Source of the DNA: Octopus sinensis
Taxonomy: Eukaryota
Length of the DNA: 64,000 nucleotides
Assembly (NCBI RefSeq): GCF_006345805.1
Contig: NC_043010.1
Location: forward strand, 57,598,001 to 57,662,000
Direction of reading: 5' to 3'
Shown: positions 1 through 13,248 of the stretch, one piece after another
How positions within the stretch are numbered: position 1 is the stretch's first letter
Layout of the letters: each line of letters opens with the position of its first letter
Notes under the pieces: model-generated
The model's database searches: none
What the model was told of the DNA's origin: nothing
The model's input: only the letters and a program-made list of their open reading frames with translations
Program-made: the position numbers and the translations under genes

Positions 1-1190
1 TAAACAGAACAATGACTGGAAGACTTCAAACAAATGACACCGTAATTTTAATGTAGATGAGCAAACGCATGTATATATAGAAAGGTTATTAGTACTTAGG
101 CATCTGCACATTCATGGGGTGTACCTACAGTTAGGGAAGCAAAATGGATCTATTGCTACAAACGTGATGGCACAGGGGTATATATTCACAGATTGGAGCT
201 TGATAGAGTTGCAATCAAATTAACAGGTTATTGCCTGTCTGGCAGTTTACATCTAATTTCCCCTAAAATATACTTTGTAAAGTGAGGGCATGATGAGGAA
301 ATATCGCTTTTAGTCTTTTTATAGTCCCTGAAGATTCATAGGTTTTTCAAGTGAGCATATGGGACATCCTTCTGATCCATTAATATATGGCCTGGTCTTA
401 GAATGAATCTTGTAGTTGATGTTGTCCTTAAGCTTCGTTCTAGCAGCTTATGAAACTTTAGGTTTGATGAAGCTCAGCTAAAATGTTATTAAGTATTATA
501 AATAAATCCTCCTGAATGTGCTGAGTGTCAATTTCTTTCATTTCCCAATAACACACACAAATACACACACACACACACACACACACAGATACACACACAC
601 ACACACACAGATACATACACACACACACACATATAGTCATGATACTTTTTATGTGATGCATATATATATATAATAACAATATACTATTGTTGGTGCATAA
701 CATAATGCAGAATCCCTTTCTATAACTGTATACATGCTTTCATATTTATATGAAAGCATCTATACATATACATCAGTTATATGTTGTTACATTTTACATC
801 TTGCGTTATATGTATATATATGTGTGTGTGGGTGTGTGTGTATACATGCAATATAAACTTTTCGTATTTCTACAACATATTTTTCTATTCTTTAAATCGT
901 TGTAATTAATGTTGTTTGCTGGCAGTTTTCTTTTTTCCTTCCTGCTTCTTGCAGGCACAACATCACCTACAGCTCTGTCGGAATTTCGTTGTGACAACCA
1001 AAAATGGTTTGGGGAAGAAAACAGTTTTAAAATATTCATATATTCACCAAACAACTTCAAAAATGAACTTGTAAAAGTGCAGTTGTCTGGAGAAACGGTT
1101 TTGTCAAACTGAAAGCAAAGTAAACAGAAGACAGTGAAATACAGGAATAACTTGAAGGATATATATATATACATACATACATATATATCC

Positions 1191-1305
<115 letters not shown>

Positions 1306-1491
1306 TAGATAGATAGATAGATAGATATGTATATATATGCATATGTGTGTATGTGTGTGTGATGTCTATGTGTGTGTGTATGTATGGTATGTGTATATAT
1401 ATATTTAGATAATGTATATATATTTATATAGATATATATATTTCCAGCATGGAAACCTGAAGTTAAATGATGATTATGATGATGGCGATGA

Positions 1492-1527
<36 letters not shown>

Positions 1528-2309
1528 CGTATATAGACATACACACATAAATATACACACATATATACATCATTCAGATCGTTGTACTGTGATTGATGGT
1601 GAAAATATGGAAAGACTTTGTGAAATTTCTGGGGTTTTTTGTTTGTTTTTTTCCTTTTTTTAGTTTCTTTTTCAATTGAAAGACAAAAATAAACGAAATA
1701 TTTTGATATATTTGTGAGAATGAGAAATTATGTAAAACTTTAAAATATTGTCCAACAGTCTTGACAGGTAAACACTTCAACTTCCTCCACACCTTTCTCT
1801 CTTGATAATTTCCTCTAGTTTTCCTGTCTTCTACTGATTCTCAACTTCCATCCCCAAACTCTCACCAAACTTTCACATTTTTCCAGCAATGTCTGCAAAA
1901 TATGTTTTCCACTTGCAGATATGGCAAACATCCCTCATATTCTTTTCCTGTCTTCCCCTTGGCTGATTTGCATAGAATGGCACCAGCCTGAAGCCTTCGT
2001 GCCTCTGGCTAACATGAACTGATTTTACGTTTCATACAAACTTCTTTTATATTTGAGAAATGTTGAGCGAAAATTTATGTTTTCATATGCGAACTGATTG
2101 CAGCATCTGTGCATATGGTGTTGTGGCAAATGTATGTGTGTGTGTGTGTGTGTGCATATTTGTGCACGTGTGTATATATATATATATATGTGTGTGTGTA
2201 TATATATACACACACATATATATAGAAACACACACACACATATATATAATGAATTTATAATAAAGAGAATATCTAGATACATATATAGATGTGTGTGTGT
2301 ATATACATA

Positions 2310-2368
<59 letters not shown>

Positions 2369-2644
2369 ATATGTATATGTAGTATGTATATATGTATGTA
2401 TGTATATATGTGTACGTATGTATTTACATATATCTATATACATATTATGTTGATGAAACAATTGTAAACCTTGGAATAAATGAAATACAACAAACTCTAT
2501 TCATCCCTTATTCTATATATATATTTCTGTGTGTATATAGATATACATATATATATATACATAGATATATATATACATAGATATACATAGATATATATAT
2601 ATATATATACATAGATATGTAAATATAAATATGTAGATATAAAT

Positions 2645-3630
2645 TGAGGATATGCGTAAGCTCGCTAGAAATGAAGCCAGTATGCTCCGATGGATGTGTA
2701 ATGCCGGTACTCACACTCGGCAGAGTGTAAGTACCTTGAGAGAAAAGCTGGACCTAAGAAGCATCAGTTGTGGTGTGCAAGAGAGACGTTTGCGCTGGTA
2801 TGGTCATGTGGCAAGAATGGATGAAGATAGTTGTGTGAAAAAGTACCACACCCTAGCGGTTGAGGGAACCTGTGGAAGAGGCAGACCCAGGAAAACCTGG
2901 GACGAGGTGGTGAAGCACGACCTTCGAACTTTAGGTCTCACTGAGGAAATGACTAGAGACCGAGACCTCTGGAAGTGTGCTGTGCGCGAGAAGACCCGGC
3001 AGGACAAGTGAGTCCATAACCCGTGGCCTTCTACATGGGATGGAGCCAGCCTACGTATGCATACCTTCCCTTCTTGGGACACAAAACTCTACTTGTGAAG
3101 ACTTGTTGAGGCAAGTGAGGATCAGAATCGAAATCGATCAATGGAAATTGCGGATGTGTTACCAGTGCCGGTGGCATGTCGAAACTCTACTTGTGAAGAC
3201 CCGTTGAGGCAAGTGAGGATCAGAATCGAAATCGATCAATGGAAATCGATCAATGGAAATTGCAGATGTGTTACCAGTGCCGGTGGCATGTAAGAGAACT
3301 TTCCGTTTCGCGACCGTTGCCAGCACCGCCCCGTTTCGTGTCCGTTGCCAGCCTCGCCTGGCCCTTGTGCCGGTGGCACTTAAAAAGCACCATCCGTTCA
3401 TGGCCGTTTGCCAGCTCTGTCTGGCACCAGTGCGGGTGGCACGTAAAAAGCACCCACTACACTCACGGAGTGGTTGGCGTTAGGAAGGGCATCCAGCCGT
3501 AGAAACACTGCCAGATTTGACTGGGCTTGCTGAAGCCTTCTGGCTTCACAGACCCCAGTAGAACCGTCCAACCCATGCTAGCATGGAAAACGGATGCTAA
3601 ACGATGATGATGATGATGATGATGATGATG
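2645..3630 (+). mobile_element. 5'-truncated young RTE copy (ORF C-terminus + 3' UTR + (GAT)n)
   Basis: ORF 2652-3011 matches the last 119 aa of the 38668-39888 ORF almost exactly. The 3' UTR is the reverse complement of about 38075-38670 with few substitutions. Confidence 0.95.
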
Positions 3631-3650
3631 ATATATATATATAAATATGT

Positions 3651-3960
3651 GGAGGCACAATGGCCCAGTGGTTAGGGCAGCAGACTTGCGGTCGTAGGAT
3701 CACGGCTTCGATTCACAGACTGGGCGTTGTGTGTGTTTATTGAGTGAAAACACCTAAAAGCTCCACGAGGCACCGGCAGGGGATGGTGGCGAACCCTGCT
3801 GTACTCTTTCGACACAACTTTCTCTCACTCTTTCTTCTGTTGGCCTGCTCGTTTAGCCAGCAGGGTGCTGTCATTGGAAGGCTAAAACAATGCGAACGCA
3901 TTGTGACCAGCGATGTGTAGCAACATCTGATGGTCTGGTCGGTCACGTGATCACATGATG
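3651..3960 (+). mobile_element. tRNA-derived SINE (family A)
   Basis: A-box tggcccagtggt and B-box ggcttcgattc, followed by a unique body. Sits immediately after the RTE (GAT)n/(TA)n tail. Confidence 0.7.
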
Positions 3961-3975
3961 TGACATATAAATATA

Positions 3976-4008
<33 letters not shown>

Positions 4009-4020
4009 GATAATGAAGCA

Positions 4021-4367
4021 AATGGAAAGTTTTAACAGAGAAATATCAATTTATTAACATTCTGCCAATTTACACTTGCCTACTGTTGTTTCCGTATCTA
4101 CTCTCATTCAAATTACAAATTTATAAATAAAAATTGCATTTCGAAAAATTATGAGGTAAATATTTCTTCAGAGCGAAAAATTGACACAAAAGAGATTACA
4201 TTTTAACTGATGGAGTGTTACTCAACAGTCTGTTGAGTATTACTCAAAATGCAATTTTAATTTGTAAATTTGTAATTTGAATGAGATTAGATATAAAAAC
4301 AATTGTAGGCTTCTGTAAATTGACAAAATGCTAATAAATTGTTAGTTCTCTGTTAAAACTCTCCACT
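4021..4367. mobile_element. Older MITE-like inverted-repeat element
   Basis: Imperfect TIRs of about 120 bp: agttttaacagag...attgcattt / aaatgcaat...ctctgttaaaact. Confidence 0.7.
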
Positions 4368-4643
4368 TTCTTCTTTATCATATACTATAATAAATTATAC
4401 CCATATATACTGAAGCGAAACAAAAATCTATAAAAAATACCTGAAAACCATAATGTGTTTAATATTGGTGCCGATACGTAAAAATGGACTCCTGAAAATT
4501 TCATAGATATATGGAATTAAATGGGAGAAGCTTAGATGTAAACATCCTTTTTAAGAGGAATCTATATCCTCACAATAATAGAAATATATATATATATATA
4601 TGTACTCACACACGCACATGCATATATATATATATATATATAT

Positions 4644-4800
4644 GATGGGCTTCTTTCAGTTTGTGTCTGCCAAATCACTCATGCAGCTTCCGTTTACTTG
4701 GGCTATAATAAGAGACTTGGTCAAGGTGCCATGCACTGGGATTGAACCAGACACAACACAGCTGGAAAGCAAACATCTTAACTACACAACCGCATCCTGT
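4644..4800 (-). mobile_element. Family B SINE head (older); similar heads at 30784-30900, 32160-32310 and 61600-61690
   Basis: gggcttctttcagttt...caaggtgcc...gggattgaacc...accac/actacacaacc. Confidence 0.7.
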
Positions 4801-5403
4801 CTGCATGTGACCATTCAGTTTATTCTTGTTTTATTCTGTATGGTTGAACTTAGAGTAAGTTCACCAGTTCAAATCTGGGCATGACCAAAGTTTGGAAGGG
4901 GGGGGGGATTAAAGTGATGAGGTAGGGAGTGTCTGGAGGAAACAGAAGAGGAAAAGGGGAGAGACGGTTGATGGGGAGTTTGTGGTAGTTCACATGAAAA
5001 AGGCAATGTGGAACACAAATCATGGTTGTTTAACTTGATATTGATGTTAGGACATGTCAGGGTGATGCTACACAGCATGGAAGTAATCATGCATGTATGG
5101 GGTGTGTATAGGCATGCATGTGTATATGTGTGCATGTGTATATGTGCGTATGTGTATATGTGCGCATGTTTCACATTGGTTGTCAGTGATGTGGAGTACA
5201 CAATAGTATGGTTAGTGGTGCATGTTTGTATCAGCCATTTGTACAATATATATACATCTATGTATATATATATATATAAATATATATATATAGATATACA
5301 TATACATATATATATGTATGTATGTATAGTTGTTCTTATACATCCACATGCACAACACACAAACACATGCATATGTATGTAAAGATATATATATATATAT
5401 ATA

Positions 5404-5443
<40 letters not shown>

Positions 5444-5858
5444 TATATATAGATATATATAATGTGTGTACATGTATGCATATAATTTTGCCAGACATTA
5501 TATACACATTAGAATGCATATATCTAATACCCACATGCACACACTAAATAAACACTCAAACACACACAGGCTCGCACCATCTCAAATGCACATACAATCA
5601 CACACACACACTACCATTGCCTTTGTAAACATGTACACACCACAAAGAGCTGTAAGTAGTTGTGAAGTATGGTTTCAACTATGACATATCATAATATTTC
5701 AATGTCATATCTTTACAGTAGACTGGAGAGAGAGTGTGAAGGTGGAAGGGGGAGATTGTGTTGCGGAGAGGGGGGGTTATGTTGCTATGTAGTGGAGGAG
5801 TAGTGAGAAGAGGTATTAGTATATGAGTTGTATTGATATATTAGTAGCCCAGTTCACT

Positions 5859-5963
<105 letters not shown>

Positions 5964-8629
5964 GTGTATGTGTGTGTGTATGTGACTGGGTGTATATAAA
6001 TATATATATGTATGTATATATATCTGTTTAAGAGTATGTATGCTTATGCATATGTATCTCTCTCTTTACATACATATATGTGTGTTTGTGTGTGTGTGTG
6101 TGTGTGTGTTTTAGTGTAGTATCTTGTGTACCAAACTGTAATTTATATCAAATGGAGTTTAAATGTGTGTGTGTGTAGACATATATAAACATATAAGCAT
6201 GCATAGATACATACATACATCTCAAACACAAACACATACATACATTACACACACACAAACACACACATATTTACCCATACATTAATCATGTACACATAAC
6301 TATACACATTTATACAACACACACACACACACATAATGTATGTATGTATAGTAAACATGTTTAGGGTTACAAAGAAAGAGTACTCACTACATGCAGTAGA
6401 GTATATCTGGAAACTGCTAATCTTTCTCTCTATTGTTTATTTGTTTATGTTGTCATGTGTAATTGATCATTTGATTCAAAAGATCAATTTTGGAGAAGGA
6501 CTTAATGTGGGTAAATGAAAGTCTGGGCTTAGATCAATTACCAGGGGTCATAAAAGCCAGGTAGAAGCCTGTGTTTTGTCCAAGTGGGTGCAGTATGCAT
6601 CTATTTCTGTAGGCAACATCCACTCTGATAATCTGCAGTTCCATGGTCAGTGAATCCTCTTCTGTGACTGCCGTCAAATGATGGCCAGTTGAGCTGCTAT
6701 GGACCACACTATCCCAAAGTCTGTATGCATTTGACCAGGAACTGTTTGTGAACTTGTTTTCCCACTGAAGCTCTTCTGAAACTCCAAACATGACCTCTAC
6801 TCCTCAACAACAAATGATGGCTATGGCTACCACGTTCATGTTATCTAACTTGATTGTTCTCCCAGTAGGACATTTGGCAAATTTGCAAGCTGAACTTTTG
6901 GGCCACAGGTGGAAGCATTCCTTTGCCTGCTGGAACATTAGGGTTGTCCATCAGATGTGGTCGGCATTTGTGAGGAACATGGTGAACTTGTTGCTTGGAG
7001 TCAGCTCAGCTCACACCTGCAAGTAGTGGTACACATACACCTTAACTGTGGCTTACAAAGGGTATCTGGATTGATAATGTATCATTGTTTTGTTAATTAA
7101 TTATTTCAGGTGTCTAATTAGTCACTATCAGATATAGATATCCTCTCAACCTGTCACATCTTTTGACATCAAGGAGGTGACAAAGTAAAGTGGAGAGAGA
7201 GAGGGAGAGAGATAGGGGATAGAGCTACCCCAGTACCCAGCTTGTGCTCATTAATAGCTAAGTAGACTAAAGGGACAAGAAAGGACACAATGCACTGCCA
7301 ATCCAGGAATTGAACCTGTTAAATTATGATTGTGAGCTGAACACTCTAACCGCTAGGCAACACACACACACACGTACACACACACACATATATATGAATA
7401 TATATATGTGTGTGTGTATGTACACGCATGTATAGATATCTCTACACCAATACCGTCTTGCTTGAACGCTTTCTTTCTTATTTTGAAAATTCTGAAGGAA
7501 TTTAATAAGAAAATCTTGGACATTATTAAGTTGGTGTTTGCAACATAAATTTTCATTAAATTTTGGTGGAAAATTTTAATGTAGATTATTTTAAAATATA
7601 AAGTTTTCATCATAGGGCTTCAAGTGGTTTCATGATAGACAGAATCAAGAGAGTTAAAAATTATTTGGCAATGAAACAGAGATAAATATTATAACAATTT
7701 AACATCCAGAATCAGAAAACATTTAATGGTTCATTGAAGTCAGCTCTGCCTATTTTTATAAACATTAAATTCCTTCAGTAAGAGTAAGACTATATTTATG
7801 ACCAGTAATAACATATTTACTATCAGTAAAGCTATATTTATGACCAATATTAATATATTTATTTCTTATTGTTCAATAATTCTGACTGGCTGCCTGCAGT
7901 AAAATGTATTTAGCTTTTGAACTGAATTTCATATAATTCTGTTCCAACTTGCTTATTTGCTCTGGTATTCACCTGGGGTGGATTAAGCCAGCTCCGAGCA
8001 ATGAATTCACCACGTCCCACACGAATGCTGACCCACATCTGATGGTCAGTTGCAGTTGAGGCTGTAATGGATACCCACTCCTTGTTCCACTGCTGAAGAC
8101 CATAGACATGGGGGCCTGATTGTGCTCCCATGTCCACCTTTACCATTGCCCATCATGTCTTCAGTTGTGCCAACAACCTCGGAAGGGAATGAAGGAATTC
8201 CCCTGGAGACTGATGGAAAGTATGGCCAAGCCAGCTTCGATGTCTTCTAAGTAGAGTTTGTTATCATATTCTGCCGTTGCAAATGAAGTCCAATTCTGTT
8301 CCAAGAAGGTTTGTCTATATAACAGGTGTATATTTTTAGATGAAATTACATGGAATTTTCTTCTTTTTAATGAGTGTATGATTCTATCAATAATTAAAAA
8401 GAACTTATCAATGTTTTTAACTTTTTCTGATAATGAAAGTTCTGACAGCAAAATAATTAAGTAAACTAGATTAATTTCCTTAGTGTTACTGTGTTGGTAT
8501 ATATGTATGTGTGCATGTGTGTGTATGAGTATATATCTAGAAAGTCTGAAGAAAACACGAGTGGAAGTGGTGAAGGCAGACCTCCTCAGATTGTTGAGCC
8601 TCAATCCATACAAGCATGGAAAAGCAGAC

Positions 8630-10620
8630 ATTAAAGAATGAAACAGTCATCCAGGTATCGCTTCCAGTTATTTTCTATGTAGAGGGAGAATGGGCTGCTG
8701 TATTTTTCTAGAACCTTACAATAAAGACTAATTTCTAGATATCCCATGACTAGGTTAGCAAAGGAGGGGGCCATTCTCGTACACATCGCAGTCCCCAATT
8801 TTTGTTGATAGAAGTTGTCTTTGAAGATGAAGTAGTTATTTTCCAGGATGAATTTTAGCCCTTCTATCACAAATTCTTTTTTGATGCAATGTGGGAGTTC
8901 TTTGGCGTAATTCTCTGGCCAGAATTGGATTGTCTCTATGCCTAGAAAATAACTGGATGAGATACTTGGATGACTGTTTCATTCTTTGGCATGAAAATAT
9001 AGAGAAACTTGATGTAAACATTCAATTTACAATGGAATATCGTCATCAACAACTTCCCTTCCTCGACATCCTCATTAAGAAATCTAACAACATAATAGAA
9101 ACAGATATATACTATAAACCCATGGACTCCAAGCGATATCTACCATTCAACTCATGCCACCCCAGACACACCAGAATGAATATCCCCTTCAACCTAGCAA
9201 AAAGGATATGTACTATAGTTTCTAATGCAAACACCAGAGACACACGACTACATAAACTAAAGGATACACACATCACCAGACATCCCAAATTAAAGAAGGA
9301 TTTACAACCAAAAGCCCTACCATACATCTCCACACACAACCCTCTTAACAATGAAGCCTTTGGCACAATCCTTGAAAACATTCCCCTGCTAAAAAAGGAC
9401 CACAGAATGAACTTAATCCTCCAAACACACACCATCATAAAAAGCAAGAGACAATCCAAATCTATGAAAAGTCTCCTAACACAAGCCCGAATATGCTCAA
9501 CAATACCACAGAAGCTGACAGTAAAAAAATGTGGAAGACCCAACTGTGGGATATGCATCAATTTAACAGAGGGATCAGAGTTCTCCTTCAAACAGGGACG
9601 TTTCACAGTGAAAAGCAACTTCACATGTGCTTTGGAGAACCTGATATATGCACTAACCTGCTCTGGGTGTCAAGAGTAATACATAGGCCAAACAAAAACA
9701 GTCAATGTAAAAGAATGGCTCTGCACAGATCCCAGATCAAAATTCTCCAAAACAGAAAAATAGCATTCAGCCAACACATCGACATTTGCACCAATAACAA
9801 AAATCCAAGCTTCAGAATTTTCCCCCTCTACTAATTCAGGTATGATACAACCTGTAGCCAACGAATTAGTAAAGAGACTCTCTTTATTACAAAATACAGA
9901 CCACTTTTGAATGCATCTACAACAAATGACATATCCCCCACAGTCTTAGAATAACACAAAAACACACACAAATATTAAAAATGATACACTCAAGAGATTC
10001 CCAAGAATTCATTAAAAAACATTCCCAATCACAGCTATAATCCATAACGAGTCACTTTTAGGTCACTTGACCATCTAACACACTACTACTATCATACTAC
10101 CTACATTCCTTCTTATTCTCCCTTCTTTTTCTCCTTCTTCTTTGTCTTCTTCCTCTCTGCTAATTTTACCACAATTTTACTAATTTTACCTTCCTAATTT
10201 TACCACAATTACTGTTTAGAATAACACCTATGCAAATTTTATAACCAAAATATTCAAAAGAGATGCCTCAAGAATTCAATCATTACGACCATCCACAATG
10301 GGTCACTTTCAGGGCACTTGACCATTTAACATACTACTATCATGCCACTCCCACATTCTACTTCTTCTTCTTCTTCTCTACCAAGAAGTCACGAGGACCT
10401 CAAATCCACAAGAGAAAACGAGAGACAGAGACAAGCAGAAACAAGGAAAATGCCCCTTGTATTTGAATACTCTGCAAATATTCTTTTAAAAAACTTTTCT
10501 TTCAATCTTTCAAAAATTTAATTGTTTTCCATACTTAGAGTTGAAGAAGTCTCAATGACTGAAACCGGTACTGAAATGTTTTTTTATAAAATTATCTTAG
10601 CATTTTCTACCTTGACTTTT
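8630..10620 (+). mobile_element. Penelope-like element (PLE), decayed, with inverted 5' segment
   Basis: Minus 8631-8935: FILENNYF...GTAMCTRMAPSFANLVMG...RYLDD. Plus 8936-9900: RYLDDCFIL, LPFLDI, YYKPMDSKRYLPFNSCHP, C-x4-C-x2-C, then GIY-YIG-like LIYALTC..C..YIGQT. A hammerhead-like motif lies at 10541-10570. Confidence 0.9.
10535..10578 (+). ncRNA. Degenerate minimal hammerhead ribozyme motif at the PLE 3' end
   Basis: ttgaaga-AGTC tcaat GACT-GAAAC-CG-GTA. The core is CUGANGA with C3 changed to U, stem II is 4 bp, and stem III is the palindrome ACCGGU. Stem I is poorly preserved. Confidence 0.6.
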
Positions 10621-10624
10621 TTCT

Positions 10625-11180
10625 GCATGCATGCATGCATGTATGTATGTATGTATGCATGTATGTGTGTATGTATGTACGTGTGCATGTATTATGTATG
10701 TATGTATGTATGTATGTATGTATGTATGTATGTATGTGTGTATGTGTGTGTGTGTGCGTGTATGTATGTATGTATGTATGTATGTATGTGTATGTATGTA
10801 TGCATGTATTATGTATGTATGTATGTATGTATGTGTGTGTGCGTGTGTGTATGTATATATGTGTGTGCATGTATGTGTGCGTGTATGTATGTATATATGT
10901 ATGTATATATGTATGTATGTGTGCGTGTATGTATGTATGTATGTATGTATGTATGTATGTATGTATGTATGTATGTATGTATGTATGTATGTATGTATGT
11001 ATGTATGTATGTGTGTGTATGTATGTGTGCATGTATTATGTATGTATGTATGTGTGTGTGCATGTATGTATGTGTGTGTGTGTGTATGTATGCATGTATG
11101 TGTATGTATGCATGTATGTATGTATATATGTATGTATGTGTGTATGTATATATAAATATGTGTGTGTATGTGTGTATCTA
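10625..11180. repeat. Long (TATG)n/(TG)n compound microsatellite
   Basis: Direct inspection. Confidence 0.95.
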
Positions 11181-12711
11181 TAAATAGTCTCACACACGCA
11201 TTTAGCTGCTGTTCTTGCCCATGAGACTCTTCCCACCCCCACCAACTGCACGGCCATATCAGTCCCTTACACCACCGACACCATCACCACCTGCTTCTAC
11301 TAACCCCTAGGGTAAGGACCAGCCCTAGACACTGCTGTTAATGTACCTAAGGGGCCTCTGTGATATTTACTTTTACATATTGTTATAACAAGGATCTGCT
11401 GCACCCTAACCCTAACCCCTCCCCCCAACCCCACCGCATTCTGATCAGCTGTTGTCACTGGATAAGTAAACAGCAACAATGACAACAACAACACGAACAA
11501 CAATGTGGGTAACAGCAGCAGGCAGCGGAAGAGAAATATCCGAAAGAACAAAGGGGATCGAAATGACAAGAGTGGAATGTGATGATGATGATGATGATGA
11601 AGAAGAAGAAGAAGAAGAAGAAGAAGAAGCAGAAGGAGGAGGAGGAGGAGGAGGAGGAGAGAAAGATGGTGGTGGTGGTGGTGGTGGTGGTGGTGGTGGT
11701 GGTGGTGGTGGTAGTTGTGATGATAATGTTGATAATAATTATAACAATGATGATGACGACAATGATGAAGAAGAGGAGGCTGAAGAGAACAAAGATGGTA
11801 ATGATGACGGTGGTGGTAGGGACGACGGTGATGGATGTGTCTGAGGGGGGGTGAGAGAGAGAGAAGGAAAAAAGGGTGCTGGGTGGAGAGGCTGGACAGA
11901 AAGGCAAATAATCATAACAGTCATTATAGAACAAAGGAGGAGCAGGAGGAGGAGTAGGATGAGTAGGAGGAAGGTGATACAGGGAGGGAGGGAGGGAGGG
12001 AGAGAATGGCAACTTTTCAATATTTCATGTCTTTATTATTAGTTTTGTAAAGAAGATAATTATTGTTACAAATAATTCCACAATTTTACTACACATACAC
12101 ACATATATATGCATATTTTTGTGTATATGTGTGAATGTATATTTACATACATGTGTGTGTATATATATATATATTATATATATATGTATATATATGTATG
12201 TATATATATGTATGTCTATATATATATACGTATGTATATATATATATGTACTTATTTATATATATATATATAGATATATATATTTGTATATACAGTTTTA
12301 TATATATATATATATATATATACACAAATATATATATGTGTGTGTGTGTGTAAGTAAATATATATGAATAAATATGTGTGTGTGTGTACATTACTGCACA
12401 TAACCTTTCTACCATTACAATGCACACCACTCTCACCCCACCCAATGGCACTCTCATATCAGACCCTTACCCCTACTCCCACATCATCTACTAATCCCTA
12501 GGTACATTAACAGTCGTATCTAGGCTGGTCCCAAGGGTGAGGACCAGCCATAGATACTGCTGTTAATGTACTTAAGGGGCCTCAGTGATATTTATTTTTA
12601 CATATATTACGTTATAATAAACAGCATGTGCTCCCCTACACCATCATCACCCCTAAATATACACATACATACATGCATATATATATATTATATTATTATA
12701 ATAATATATAT

Positions 12712-12886
12712 TACACACACACATATTAATAAAATTATAATATAAAATATGTATATTTATGTTATATATATATGTTTGCATATTATTGCATATATATATA
12801 TATATATACACACACACATATTATATAAAATATAATATAAAATATGTATATTTATGTGTATATATATATGTTTGCATATTATTTGC

Positions 12887-12912
<26 letters not shown>
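12712..12912. repeat. Tandem duplication of about 95 bp between microsatellites
   Basis: aatataaaatatgtatatttatg...gtttgcatattatt occurs twice. Confidence 0.75.
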
Positions 12913-12917
<5 letters not shown>

Positions 12918-13216
12918 GATGTTTGTATATATATATGTATGTATTGCATGTGTGCGTGTGTTTATGAGTGTGTATATATGAAATATGTGCCCACATATAG
13001 AGACAGAGAAATTCCAATTGGATGATTGCATTAATTGAGAATTAAATAAGATCTTTAAAGTTAACAACAGAATCAAATATATTTGGTTAAATTATTCTCT
13101 ACAACATGGCCAGATGTTTCAACTCCATTACGTGTGCGTGTGTATAAATATGAGAGTTTAGCATAGTTGAGTTTAGTTTCAGCTAAATTCATCTGTGTGT
13201 GTGTGAGAGAGAGAGT

Positions 13217-13248
<32 letters not shown>

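Noticed and set aside
3651-3730. tRNA genes at SINE heads (also 35848 and 60390)
   Set aside because: No complete cloverleaf or acceptor stem. They continue into repeat bodies, so they are SINE heads.
6534-7026. Higher-GC block with short ORFs on both strands
   Set aside because: Possibly a decayed transposon, but no diagnostic motif could be read.
7910-8631. Minus ORFs of 156 aa and 78 aa beside the Penelope inversion
   Set aside because: No recognisable motif, one crosses a microsatellite, and there are no convincing splice sites. Left unassigned.
10522-11193. Long ORFs such as the 221-aa MYVC and HTYI repeats, and similar YIYI/CVCV/poly-K/poly-D ORFs throughout the window
   Set aside because: They are translations of microsatellites that lack stop codons in some frames. 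There is no evidence of coding function.
11400-11420. accctaaccctaacc as telomeric sequence
   Set aside because: Only about two units, and part of a small repeat element.
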